A DNA stretch of 60,583 nucleotides from Acidimicrobiia bacterium (lineage in GTDB: Bacteria; Actinomycetota; Acidimicrobiia; Spongiisociales; ZC4RG35), in assembly GCA_035281425.1 (NCBI GenBank), contig DATEDX010000124.1:1-60583 (forward strand), given 5' to 3'. Of the stretch, positions 45,082-53,053 are shown piece by piece (positions within the stretch are counted from its first letter, which is position 1; every line of letters starts with the position of its first letter). A program made the translations under genes and the position numbers. The notes under the pieces are model-generated. The model was not told the DNA's origin, searched no databases, and was given only the letters and a program-made list of their open reading frames with translations.

Positions 45082-46621
45082 GGCCTCTCGGCTCCTCGCC
45101 GCGCTAGCTCTCACTGCCATTTCCATTGCCCCACTTCCAGCCGGTGCCGCCCCCATCGCACTGGGTGAGGTGGCGGTGGCGGGGGAGGCCGCCCAGTTCG
45201 TTGCCGGTGGGGAAGGCACCTACTGGGTTCGGGTCACCAACCTGGGACCCACCTCCGACCAACTCAACCTGACCCATCTACTACCTGGCTTTATAACTCT
45301 GATCGACTGGGAGGGGGAGGCTTGGGACTGCGGAGGTCAAGGCCACAACTTGGATTGCAGCCATCCGGAGGTGGACGCCGGAGCGAGCGCGGAGATGACG
45401 GTGCGGGTCTCCGTCGCCTCCACCGCTCCCCCCAGCGGTCAGATCAACCTTCTTGCCTCGGGAGCCCATCCGGGTAGCACCACCCACCACCAGATCGACT
45501 TTGTGGTGACGCCGATGCCAGAGGATCCGGCGCCCGACCCTGAGCCAGCACCCAACCCGGACCCTCGGCCTGACCCCTCTGAACCCCCGCCGGTGAATCC
45601 CCCCGATCCTGAACCCCCGCCGGTAACGCCGCCGGATCCCGACCTCCCGGCAAAGACTCCGCCCGATCCCGAAACCCCGCCCGATCCCGAGCCGGAGCCC
45701 ACACCGGCTCCCGAGCCGGAGCCTCCCGCCGTGCCAGCCCCCGACCCCCAACCAGAACCTGATCCTCAACCGGCTCCGGCGCCGGAGCCTCCCGCGGTGC
45801 CTGACCCATCACCAGCACCTCCCACGGTGCCTGACCCACCCGCGGACACCCCGGCTCCGGTCGCGGAACCACCACCCGCTCAGGCGCCCCCACCAGCAGA
45901 GCCGCCCCCTGCACAGTCGCCCAATCCGCCCTCTGAAGTGCGCCACCCACCGGACAATCCAATGCCGGAAACCTCCCCGCTGCCACCCACCGAGCCGTTA
46001 CCACTCGTTGTGGCTGTACGCCATGAGCCGGAGGTGGTGCCGTTCTCTCTCCCTCTCCCGCGAGTGGCTCCCGAAGCAACTCTTTGGGAGGCGGCGCCTT
46101 CACGGCCGGTCGGAGAGGTCGCCCTGGTGCTGGCGCCGGTGACGCAGTCGCTGCGGGCGGTGGCAGGAAGTGAGTTGGACTTCACCGTGCCAGGCAAAAC
46201 ACCCCGGTTGGTGGTATACCAGGGCAAGGGGGAGGTCCGCATCAATGACACTGGTTTCAGTTATGAGGCTCCGTCCGGCTGGAGCGGATGGGACCGATTT
46301 GGTCTTCTCCTCTGCGATCTAGCTGGGGATTGCGGACTGGGTTGGTTCGAGGTGTTGGTGCGGATCGCCACTCCTCCCATGTTCGGGCTGGGAATGCTCC
46401 CGTCTCCCCCCACTGAGGTGGGGATGGCCACGCTGGTTAGCACCGCGGCCGATCTGATGACCTCAACTGCCAGGATGGTTGCCGGTCCTCTCCTGGCCCT
46501 CGCTTTGGGCGTCGCCCTCTTCCCTGGTTTTTGGCGCGTCAAGGCGACGATCCACCGTCACCTTCACGCGCCAAAACGGAAAGAGGGTCAGGCGAGCGCC
46601 GCCATCGAACAGGCAGGGTGA
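45071..46621 (+). CDS. secreted cell-surface protein: signal peptide, DUF11-like domain, about 160-aa Pro-rich linker, C-terminal domain and TM anchor
   Basis: From ATG 45071: MRSKASRLLAALALTAISIAPLPAGA. Then YWVRVTNLGPTS...MTVRVSVAS, a PEPxP-type low-complexity region, and the C-terminal anchor MVAGPLLALALGVALF. The tail reads through REP copy 4. Confidence 0.65.
   Translation: MRSKASRLLAALALTAISIAPLPAGAAPIALGEVAVAGEAAQFVAGGEGTYWVRVTNLGPTSDQLNLTHLLPGFITLIDWEGEAWDCGGQGHNLDCSHPEVDAGASAEMTVRVSVASTAPPSGQINLLASGAHPGSTTHHQIDFVVTPMPEDPAPDPEPAPNPDPRPDPSEPPPVNPPDPEPPPVTPPDPDLPAKTPPDPETPPDPEPEPTPAPEPEPPAVPAPDPQPEPDPQPAPAPEPPAVPDPSPAPPTVPDPPADTPAPVAEPPPAQAPPPAEPPPAQSPNPPSEVRHPPDNPMPETSPLPPTEPLPLVVAVRHEPEVVPFSLPLPRVAPEATLWEAAPSRPVGEVALVLAPVTQSLRAVAGSELDFTVPGKTPRLVVYQGKGEVRINDTGFSYEAPSGWSGWDRFGLLLCDLAGDCGLGWFEVLVRIATPPMFGLGMLPSPPTEVGMATLVSTAADLMTSTARMVAGPLLALALGVALFPGFWRVKATIHRHLHAPKRKEGQASAAIEQAG
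46529..46576. repeat. REP-like palindrome (family copy 4, degenerate)
   Basis: ttttggcgcgtcaaggcgacg atccac cgtcaccttcacgcgccaaaa, with 2 mismatches between the arms. Confidence 0.85.
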
Positions 46622-46767
46622 CCGCAGCCGCAGTCGAGGGTGTCATCGCCGGGGGGAAGCTCCGACACGACCACCGTCTCGTCGTCCGGCTGCTGGCGAC
46701 AGAACGCACTGCAGAAAGGTTCGGCTTCCGTCACGAAACAGGTGCAGTTACGGTGTCGGCATTGCAT
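46588..46767 (-). CDS. small Cys/His-rich protein, bacterial metallothionein (BmtA/SmtA)-like, 59 aa
   Basis: Hand translation: MQCRHRNCTCFVTEAEPFCSAFCRQQPDDETVVVSELPPGDDTLDCGCGHPACSMAALA. AGGAGGGA lies 5 nt upstream of the ATG. It is below the 60-aa ORF-track cutoff. The pattern C..NC.C.V / FCS..C / C.CGH..C parallels SmtA. Confidence 0.55.
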   Translation of the reverse strand: MQCRHRNCTCFVTEAEPFCSAFCRQQPDDETVVVSELPPGDDTLDCGCGHPACSMAALA

Positions 46768-46784
46768 AGGTCCCTCCTGTCCGA

Positions 46785-47693
46785 ATGACCCTAGGCGGGC
46801 GCGGTCTCAACCTGCATCCGGGCCGGCGCTGGTTGCTGGCCACTCTCCTCGCTTGTTCCACCAGCACAGCACCACTAACCCCCGAACCGCCGTCGACCAC
46901 CTCGGCTACCACCTCTACCACCACGGTGCCGGTGACCTGGTCGGTAGCCGAGGCCAAATCGGCGCCACCTCCCGTCCCCACCAGTCTCCCTCATGACCGA
47001 CCCGCCTGGCTGGGTCAGGTTCCCTTGCCTTTGGGGCCCGACGGCACCGCCCAGGTCCTCCCCACCCCACCCGAACTGGAAGACCGCCGTCTCGCCACTC
47101 CCGACTATCTCCCGGCTCCGGTGGGCGACCAGTTTGAAGCCGCCATTTCCGAGGTTCCCCCTGAGGTGGCGGCTCGTTCCACCTGGCGGGAGGAGTGCCC
47201 GGTGGGCCTGGAGGACCTCCGCTACCTCACCGTCAGCTTCGTCGGGTTCGACGGGCTGTTTCACACCGGCGAGTTGATCGTGGCCGCCGTCTACGCGGAA
47301 GATGTCGTGGGTGTGTTCGCCCGGTTGCATGAGACCCGGTTCCCTCTCGAGGAAGTGCGGGTGATCTCGGTCGAAGATCGGGAACGACCCCCCACGGGTG
47401 ACGGCAACGTCACCACCGGATTCGTCTGCCGTCCGGTGGTATTCGGGGAGTCCTGGTCAGAGCACTCCTTCGGGCGGGCGATCGACATCAATCCCTTCCA
47501 CAATCCCTACCGAAAGGGAGACCGGGTGTTGCCTGAACTCGCCACGGCCTACCTCGACCGCGACCACGTCCGCCCGGGGATGGTGATGGCCGGTGATGTC
47601 GTCACTCAGGCCTTTGCTGACATCGGCTGGGGCTGGGGCGGCAGCTGGCGCACTGCCGACGACTGGATGCACTTCTCCGCCACCGGCCGCTGA
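46785..47693 (+). CDS. M15-family (VanY/D-Ala-D-Ala carboxypeptidase-like) metallopeptidase, lipoprotein
   Basis: Lipobox: LLATLLACST. Then SFVGFDGLFHTGELIV..., SEHSFGRAIDINP, DWMHFS (Zn-ligand pattern H..D...H). Confidence 0.75.
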   Translation: MTLGGRGLNLHPGRRWLLATLLACSTSTAPLTPEPPSTTSATTSTTTVPVTWSVAEAKSAPPPVPTSLPHDRPAWLGQVPLPLGPDGTAQVLPTPPELEDRRLATPDYLPAPVGDQFEAAISEVPPEVAARSTWREECPVGLEDLRYLTVSFVGFDGLFHTGELIVAAVYAEDVVGVFARLHETRFPLEEVRVISVEDRERPPTGDGNVTTGFVCRPVVFGESWSEHSFGRAIDINPFHNPYRKGDRVLPELATAYLDRDHVRPGMVMAGDVVTQAFADIGWGWGGSWRTADDWMHFSATGR

Positions 47694-47721
47694 CTCCAGC
47701 CCCTCAAAGGGGAGGGGGTGA

Positions 47722-48774
47722 TCAGGGGGCGGCGGGCCCGTACACCCGCACCCCGTCTTCGTCGATGAACATCAGCCAGGGGTCGTTGGTTTGGGGTCGG
47801 ACCCCGAGGTGGGCGGGGCTCCCGGGATCAGCCGAGGTGAAAGGATCCCGCATCGGCTGCATCTCACTCATGCTTCCGTCGGGATAGATCTCCAGATACC
47901 CAGCCAGCTGCAATGACTCGTCGTTCTCGGCCGAGCCCACCATAAAGATGTAAAGCCCACCATCGATCCCACTGGCTACCTCGGTGGAGAAGAAGGCGTT
48001 CCCTCCCACCTGCCCGGCGGTCACTGGCAGGGAGATGGCCGCTCCGGCGTCGGGGAGCAGCACCTGCAGGTGGCCCGGCATCACCGTGATTCGGAAACGG
48101 TCGCCGGCCCGGGTCTGGAACCATTCGGCTTCGGTCGAGGTGCCGTCGTAGACGTTCACCTGCATCGGCACCGGCTCCTCTCCGATCGCGAAGCCGTACA
48201 GGGTGGTGCCGTCGTCGATGCGGGGGACGAAGTTGGCGTCGACCACCACGGTGTCGAGTTCCTCCCCTCGCCAGCGGAGCATGATGGTCTGGTCCCCGGC
48301 CAGCCGGTTGGCTACCAGCATTCCGTCGTCGAGGACCCGAGGCAGCTGGTACTGGAAGTAGACACCGTCGGTGAGTAAGTCCTCTTCCAGTACGACCTCC
48401 ATCAGGAATTCTCCTTCGGCGGAGAACTGCGCCAGCCGGTATTTGGCCCCGTCGAGAAACCACCAGGTGCCGTCGGGGGACTGGGCCCCATATTCCGGTC
48501 CGATCTGGATCCCCTCGCCGTCGCCACCGAGGGAGGTGCCCAGGGTCTCGGGGGTATTCCCATATGGGATAAACAAGATCTCCTCCCACGGCACCGGCAT
48601 CTGATCGGTGGCCACGGGGAGCACCAACTCAAGCGGAGCGCCAGTGGTGGTGGTGGCAGGGATAGAGGAGGTGGTGCCCGGCTGCGTCGAAGACGTAGTC
48701 GTAGCCAGGCTGGTGGTCGATGGGGGAGCCGTGGTCGTCGACGGACTCTGGCTTACACAGGCGGCGATCACCAT
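47722..48774 (-). CDS. secreted lipoprotein with Thr/Ser/Pro linker (start probably upstream and non-canonical)
   Basis: The ATG-initiated product begins MVIAAC, which is a lipobox with no signal peptide. The in-frame upstream codons read RRKPIPTRQLVLAGGL without any ATG/GTG/TTG. Confidence 0.6.
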   Translation of the reverse strand: MVIAACVSQSPSTTTAPPSTTSLATTTSSTQPGTTSSIPATTTTGAPLELVLPVATDQMPVPWEEILFIPYGNTPETLGTSLGGDGEGIQIGPEYGAQSPDGTWWFLDGAKYRLAQFSAEGEFLMEVVLEEDLLTDGVYFQYQLPRVLDDGMLVANRLAGDQTIMLRWRGEELDTVVVDANFVPRIDDGTTLYGFAIGEEPVPMQVNVYDGTSTEAEWFQTRAGDRFRITVMPGHLQVLLPDAGAAISLPVTAGQVGGNAFFSTEVASGIDGGLYIFMVGSAENDESLQLAGYLEIYPDGSMSEMQPMRDPFTSADPGSPAHLGVRPQTNDPWLMFIDEDGVRVYGPAAP

Positions 48775-48799
48775 CAGCCCGCCAGCCAGGACCAGTTGT

Positions 48800-49861
48800 C
48801 TAGTGGGAATGGGTTTCCGCCTCTGGGTTGGCTTCGACCGGCTCCTCGGGTTCCGACACTGCCTCGCTCTTGGTGAGCGAAGCTTCCCGCCGATCGGCGC
48901 GCAGAGATAACACGATGGCCACGGTTAGGGTCACCGCGATCACTCCCAAGCTGACGCTGGTGGGGAAGTGGTACCACTCGGTGATCAGCATCTTGATGCC
49001 GACGAAACCCAGGATCACTCCCAACCCCACGTTGAGATAGCGGAACTTGCCCGCCATCCCAGCGAGGAGAAAGTAGAGCGCGCGCAGCCCGAGGATGGCG
49101 AAGGCGTTGGAGGCAAAGACCAGGAAAGGTTCCCGGCTCACGGCGAGAATGGCGGGGACCGAATCGACGGCGAAGACCACGTCGGTGGTCTCGATCAGAA
49201 TGAGAACCGCGAAGAGGGGCGTGGCCAGGCGGCGGGCGTTCTCTTTGATGAAGAAGCGCTGCCCATGGCTGTAGCTGGTGGTCATGGGGATGATCCGGCG
49301 GACGATGCGAAGCACCGGGTTGGACTCGGGATGGATCTCGGTTTCCTCGTGGCGGGCGATCCGCACCGCGGTGTAGAGGAGGAAGGCCCCGAAGATGTAG
49401 AGCACCCAGTCGAACCGTTCGATCAGTGCCACTCCGGCGAAGATGAAGATGGCCCTCATCACCAAGGCGCCGAAGATCCCCCAGAACAGGACCCGGTATT
49501 GATATTGGGGAGGAACGGCGAAATAGGTGAAGATCACCGACCAGACGAACACGTTGTCGATGGAGAGGCTCTTTTCGATCAGGTAACCCGCCAGGTATTC
49601 CCCGGCGGCCCCGGTCCCGAACCACGCCACCAGCAGACCGGCGAAGCTCAACCCGATGACGATCCACACCGTGGACTCAATTGCAGCCTCACGGAAAGTG
49701 ATGACATGGGGCCGGCGGTGGACGAGAAGCAGGTCGATGAACAGCAAGGCGGTGATGCCCCCTACCAGGGCCAGCCAGCCCCAAGGGGGCACATCGATGC
49801 TGACGAATTTGCTGCTGGTCTCGGTGGCGGCCAGCAACGCACTAAATGTCAATTCGACCAC
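48800..49861 (-). CDS. TerC-family integral membrane protein
   Basis: LFIDLLLVHRRPH...REAAIESTVWI...EKSLSIDNVFVW...AVDSVPAILAV. An alternative start is GTG 49792. Confidence 0.85.
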   Translation of the reverse strand: MVELTFSALLAATETSSKFVSIDVPPWGWLALVGGITALLFIDLLLVHRRPHVITFREAAIESTVWIVIGLSFAGLLVAWFGTGAAGEYLAGYLIEKSLSIDNVFVWSVIFTYFAVPPQYQYRVLFWGIFGALVMRAIFIFAGVALIERFDWVLYIFGAFLLYTAVRIARHEETEIHPESNPVLRIVRRIIPMTTSYSHGQRFFIKENARRLATPLFAVLILIETTDVVFAVDSVPAILAVSREPFLVFASNAFAILGLRALYFLLAGMAGKFRYLNVGLGVILGFVGIKMLITEWYHFPTSVSLGVIAVTLTVAIVLSLRADRREASLTKSEAVSEPEEPVEANPEAETHSH

Positions 49862-49972
49862 TGCTCCCGGCTTGTTGGCGACGCCTTTGCTCCAGAGCCA
49901 TTTTTACAGGGTTGGTTCAACACCGGAAAGCAGGCGGTTATGCCCCCGGCCCCTCGCCCGCCAAGCTGTGCC

Positions 49973-50377
49973 TTAGCCGTCGGCCCGGACGCACAACACC
50001 GGGCAGGGAGCGTCGTGGAGGATCTCGAGGGCGTTGCTTCCCAGCAACACTTTGCCGGTGGTGGTCCGGCGGCGAGTTCCGATCACCATGATCTCGGCGT
50101 CGAAATCGGTGGCCGCCTGGATCAGGTCCTCGGCCGGTGACTGCCCCCGGACGTATTCGTGAACCTGAAAAGGAACCCCGGCCTGAGCAAGGTTCTTCTC
50201 CACTTGTTCCAGAGCTTGGCGGGCCTCGATGTACTCCTGATCCGACTCCCGGTTCTCGCCGTACATGGAGTGCACCAACACCAGTTGGGCGGATCGCAGC
50301 TGAGCCTCGGCTATCGCCTGGTCAAGGGCTGCTCGACCGGCCGGGGTGTCGATGAAACCCACAACCACTGACTTCAT
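49973..50377 (-). CDS. universal stress protein
   Basis: AAGGAGAAGAGGA lies upstream of ATG 50377. MKSVVVGFIDTPAGRAAL...MVIGTRRRTTTGKVLLGSNALEILHDAPCPVLCV. Confidence 0.85.
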   Translation of the reverse strand: MKSVVVGFIDTPAGRAALDQAIAEAQLRSAQLVLVHSMYGENRESDQEYIEARQALEQVEKNLAQAGVPFQVHEYVRGQSPAEDLIQAATDFDAEIMVIGTRRRTTTGKVLLGSNALEILHDAPCPVLCVRADG

Positions 50378-50459
50378 TCCTCTTCTCCTTTGATCGACTG
50401 CTCCCAGCATGGTCGAGCCTTCTCCCCGGGGCCAGGGGCCAAGGTCCCGGCTGCCAAGG

Positions 50460-51470
50460 TCAGATCTCCAACCCGAACACCGCCACCGCCGTGGCCCCTT
50501 TGATCGCCTGGCGGTCGTTGTCGTCGAGACCTTCGACCTTGTCTACCAGGCCGAGTGGGTCGGTTTCGCTCATGTCGAAAGGAAAGTCGGTGCCCACCAT
50601 CACCCGATCTACGCCGACTACCTCGATGAGATGGCGCAGGTACATGGGCTGAAAGACCATCGTGTCGTAGTAGAGACGCTTGACGTAATAGCTGGGCGGG
50701 TTGTCGGGGATGTGTTGGCGCGTTTCCGGCCTGACCGACCAGGTGTGATCGGCCCGAGCGGCGTAAAAGGGGAGATATCCGCCCCCGTGAAGAAGGACCA
50801 GTTTGAGGTCGGGCAGTTCCTCGAACAGCCCTGAGAAGATCATCCGGGTGACGGCGACCATGGTCTCGAGGGGGTTGCCGATGCAGTTGACCAGGAAGTA
50901 GTCGGAGAAGCGCTGGCTCTCGGGATAGCCGTTGGGATGGAGGATGACGGGAAGGCCCAGGGCCGCCACCGCCTGCCAGAACGGTCGGAAGCGGGGCTCG
51001 TCGAGGTTGTGGCCGTTGACGGTGCCGCCAATTTGGAGGCCCTTGAACCCGATCTGGCGGGCTCGGTCGGCCTCGGCGATGGCGAGGTCGACGTCCTGGA
51101 GGGGGACGGTGGCGCCTAGGCCGATGAAACGTTGGGGATAGTCGGCCACCGCTTGGGCGAGGTTGTCGTTCTGACGGCGGGCCAGGTCGGCCCCCAGCGG
51201 TGCCGGGGTCCAATAGAAATATTCGGAGACGAAGGTGGCCAACCCCTGGAGGTCGATCCCCATCTCATCCATCTTCTCGATCCGAGCGGCAGGGTTGGTG
51301 AGGTATTCGGCGATGGTGGGGAACATCACCCGGTTGTGCTCCTTCGAAGGGGCTCCCATGAAGAAGTCGTAGGGCTCGTACTCGGGCCGGAAGTGGGGGG
51401 CCGCTCCCTCCCGGGTGTCAGGAGTGGCGAGATGGCAATGGATGTCAATCGTCGGCGGCATCCCCTCCAT
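50460..51470 (-). CDS. amidohydrolase-2 (ACMSD-like) family metal-dependent hydrolase/decarboxylase
   Basis: IDIHCHL...VILHPNG...LVLLHGGGYLPF...VMVGTDFPFD. The start is ATG 51470 or 51461. Confidence 0.8.
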   Translation of the reverse strand: MEGMPPTIDIHCHLATPDTREGAAPHFRPEYEPYDFFMGAPSKEHNRVMFPTIAEYLTNPAARIEKMDEMGIDLQGLATFVSEYFYWTPAPLGADLARRQNDNLAQAVADYPQRFIGLGATVPLQDVDLAIAEADRARQIGFKGLQIGGTVNGHNLDEPRFRPFWQAVAALGLPVILHPNGYPESQRFSDYFLVNCIGNPLETMVAVTRMIFSGLFEELPDLKLVLLHGGGYLPFYAARADHTWSVRPETRQHIPDNPPSYYVKRLYYDTMVFQPMYLRHLIEVVGVDRVMVGTDFPFDMSETDPLGLVDKVEGLDDNDRQAIKGATAVAVFGLEI

Positions 51471-51604
51471 TATGCAGAATATGTGACCGGGAGGCACCGG
51501 CACCAAACCCCAAATAAAACCGCCAACCCAGGGTTCAGGAGTCCAAAAGTGGACTCTGTGGCCCCGAGAAGCCCTCGGACTCAGCCAACCCGGGGGTGGC
51601 GGGT

Positions 51605-52591
51605 TTAGCCGGAGACCAGGCGGGCCGTCGTGGTGCGGACCAGAACCCCGTTCCAGTACCAGCGGCCTTGGATGGTTTGGTCCGCACGGAGAGTGAGCTC
51701 GGCTCGCCAGCGGCGGGTGGCGACGTTGCCGCTCTCCGTCACCCCGAGGTGGGTCACCCCCACCAGTTGCCCGTCCACTCGCAGCTCGAAACGGGTCGAG
51801 CCGCCGGTGAAGACCGACTCCTCATTACCGAGGTAGGGGAGCACCTGGTACCAGCCTTCGGTGAGGCGGTAGCGAGCCTGGGCGGAGACCGTCACATTGG
51901 CCGAACAGGTCAACCCGTTCTTGGCGCAGTTGTAGTCAACATGGTTGAGAGGAAGGACCCGCACCACCCCCGCCAGCTCGTAGGCCCGCGCCAGGAAGGT
52001 GGCCATCTCCGCTCGGGTGATGTTGCGGTCGGGGCAGAAGCGGTCGTTGGCGGGTGGATTGCAGCCCAGGGTGATCCCGGCCCGGGCGATCCGGTTGATG
52101 TCCCCCTCGAAGGTCGAGTTGTTGTCGTCGACGAAGAAGTCCTGGTTAGTACCGGCCAGATCGAGGGCTCGGGCCAGGAAGGCCGCCATCTGCCCCCGGG
52201 TCACGGTGTCGTCAGGACAGAAGCGGCTATTGGTGGGTGGGTTGCAGCCACGGGTGATTTCGGCTGCAGCCAGGCGGTTGATGTCACCTTCGAAGATGGA
52301 CGACCCGTCGTCGCTGAAGAAGTCGACTCCGGTCGGTGACAACTCCTCGGCCCGGGCCAGGAAGGCGGCCATCTGTCCCCGGGTGACGTTGTCGTTGGGA
52401 CAGAACCGATTGTTGGTGGGGGGATTGCAGCCTTTGGCGATGCCCTGGGCGGCAATGGCATCGATGGCCGATTCGTGGACCGAGGTGTCGTCATCGATGA
52501 AGGCACCCCGCACCGCCAGAGCCCCGGCGGGGAGCGCCGCCCCGGCCAGCATCACCATCCCCGCCAAAAGTGTGAGAACCCGCCGCTTCAC
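51605..52591 (-). CDS. secreted protein: signal peptide, three SLH-like repeats, C-terminal beta-rich domain
   Basis: Signal peptide: MKRRVLTLLAGMVMLAGAALPAGA. Three repeats of F.DD..S.FE.DI..LAAA.IT.GCNPP.N.RFCP....TRGQMAAFLARA, paralogous to 20366-21856. Confidence 0.75.
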   Translation of the reverse strand: MKRRVLTLLAGMVMLAGAALPAGALAVRGAFIDDDTSVHESAIDAIAAQGIAKGCNPPTNNRFCPNDNVTRGQMAAFLARAEELSPTGVDFFSDDGSSIFEGDINRLAAAEITRGCNPPTNSRFCPDDTVTRGQMAAFLARALDLAGTNQDFFVDDNNSTFEGDINRIARAGITLGCNPPANDRFCPDRNITRAEMATFLARAYELAGVVRVLPLNHVDYNCAKNGLTCSANVTVSAQARYRLTEGWYQVLPYLGNEESVFTGGSTRFELRVDGQLVGVTHLGVTESGNVATRRWRAELTLRADQTIQGRWYWNGVLVRTTTARLVSG

Positions 52592-53052
52592 GGGTCGATC
52601 TCCAAATGGGCCAGGACCTGCGCCACCGCCGGGACCAACTCGGCCCGGTCGACGAAGCTGCCGATCACCACGTAGAGGCAGAAGGCTCGCCCCGCCTCGG
52701 TGAAGAAGCGTTGCATTCCCCCCTGCCCGGCGATGGGACGTTGCAGCATCTCGCGGAGGAAGTCGCCCGGCACCGGGGCCCGAGGCAAACCTCGGGCGGC
52801 AAAGAGGGCGGTGGTGGCGGCGGCGGGAGAGAACTCCTTGAGGACGATGAGGATGTCGCCGGCACCCATACCTTCCACCACCGAGGAACCGAAGTCACCT
52901 CGAGCGGGGGGGAGAGGGAAGTTGGCGACATGAAGCACCGGAAAGCGTTCGGCCCCGTCGGCCAGCTGCAACGCCAGCCTCTCCCCCTCGATTGCTCCTT
53001 CCCAGCCGGCAGGAAGGTCGACCCTGATCCCGGCGCCGCTCAACGAGGCCAT
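52588..53052 (-). CDS. hypothetical protein (154 aa)
   Basis: ORF with normal composition. Its stop overlaps the downstream start (GTGA at 52588-52591), and its ATG is 1 nt after the upstream stop. Confidence 0.5.
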   Translation of the reverse strand: MASLSGAGIRVDLPAGWEGAIEGERLALQLADGAERFPVLHVANFPLPPARGDFGSSVVEGMGAGDILIVLKEFSPAAATTALFAARGLPRAPVPGDFLREMLQRPIAGQGGMQRFFTEAGRAFCLYVVIGSFVDRAELVPAVAQVLAHLEIDP

Positions 53053-53053
53053 C

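Noticed and set aside
46440-46621. Sortase (LPxTG) or PGF-CTERM sorting signal at the C-terminus of the Pro-rich surface protein
   Set aside because: LPSPPTE is not LPxTG/LAxTG. The PGF tripeptide lies at the end of the TM helix rather than the beginning, and it is encoded by the REP element.
48968-50140. 390-aa plus-strand ORF opposite TerC and the USP gene
   Set aside because: It is antisense to two recognisable genes. The product is Gly/Asp/His/Glu-rich with no motif.
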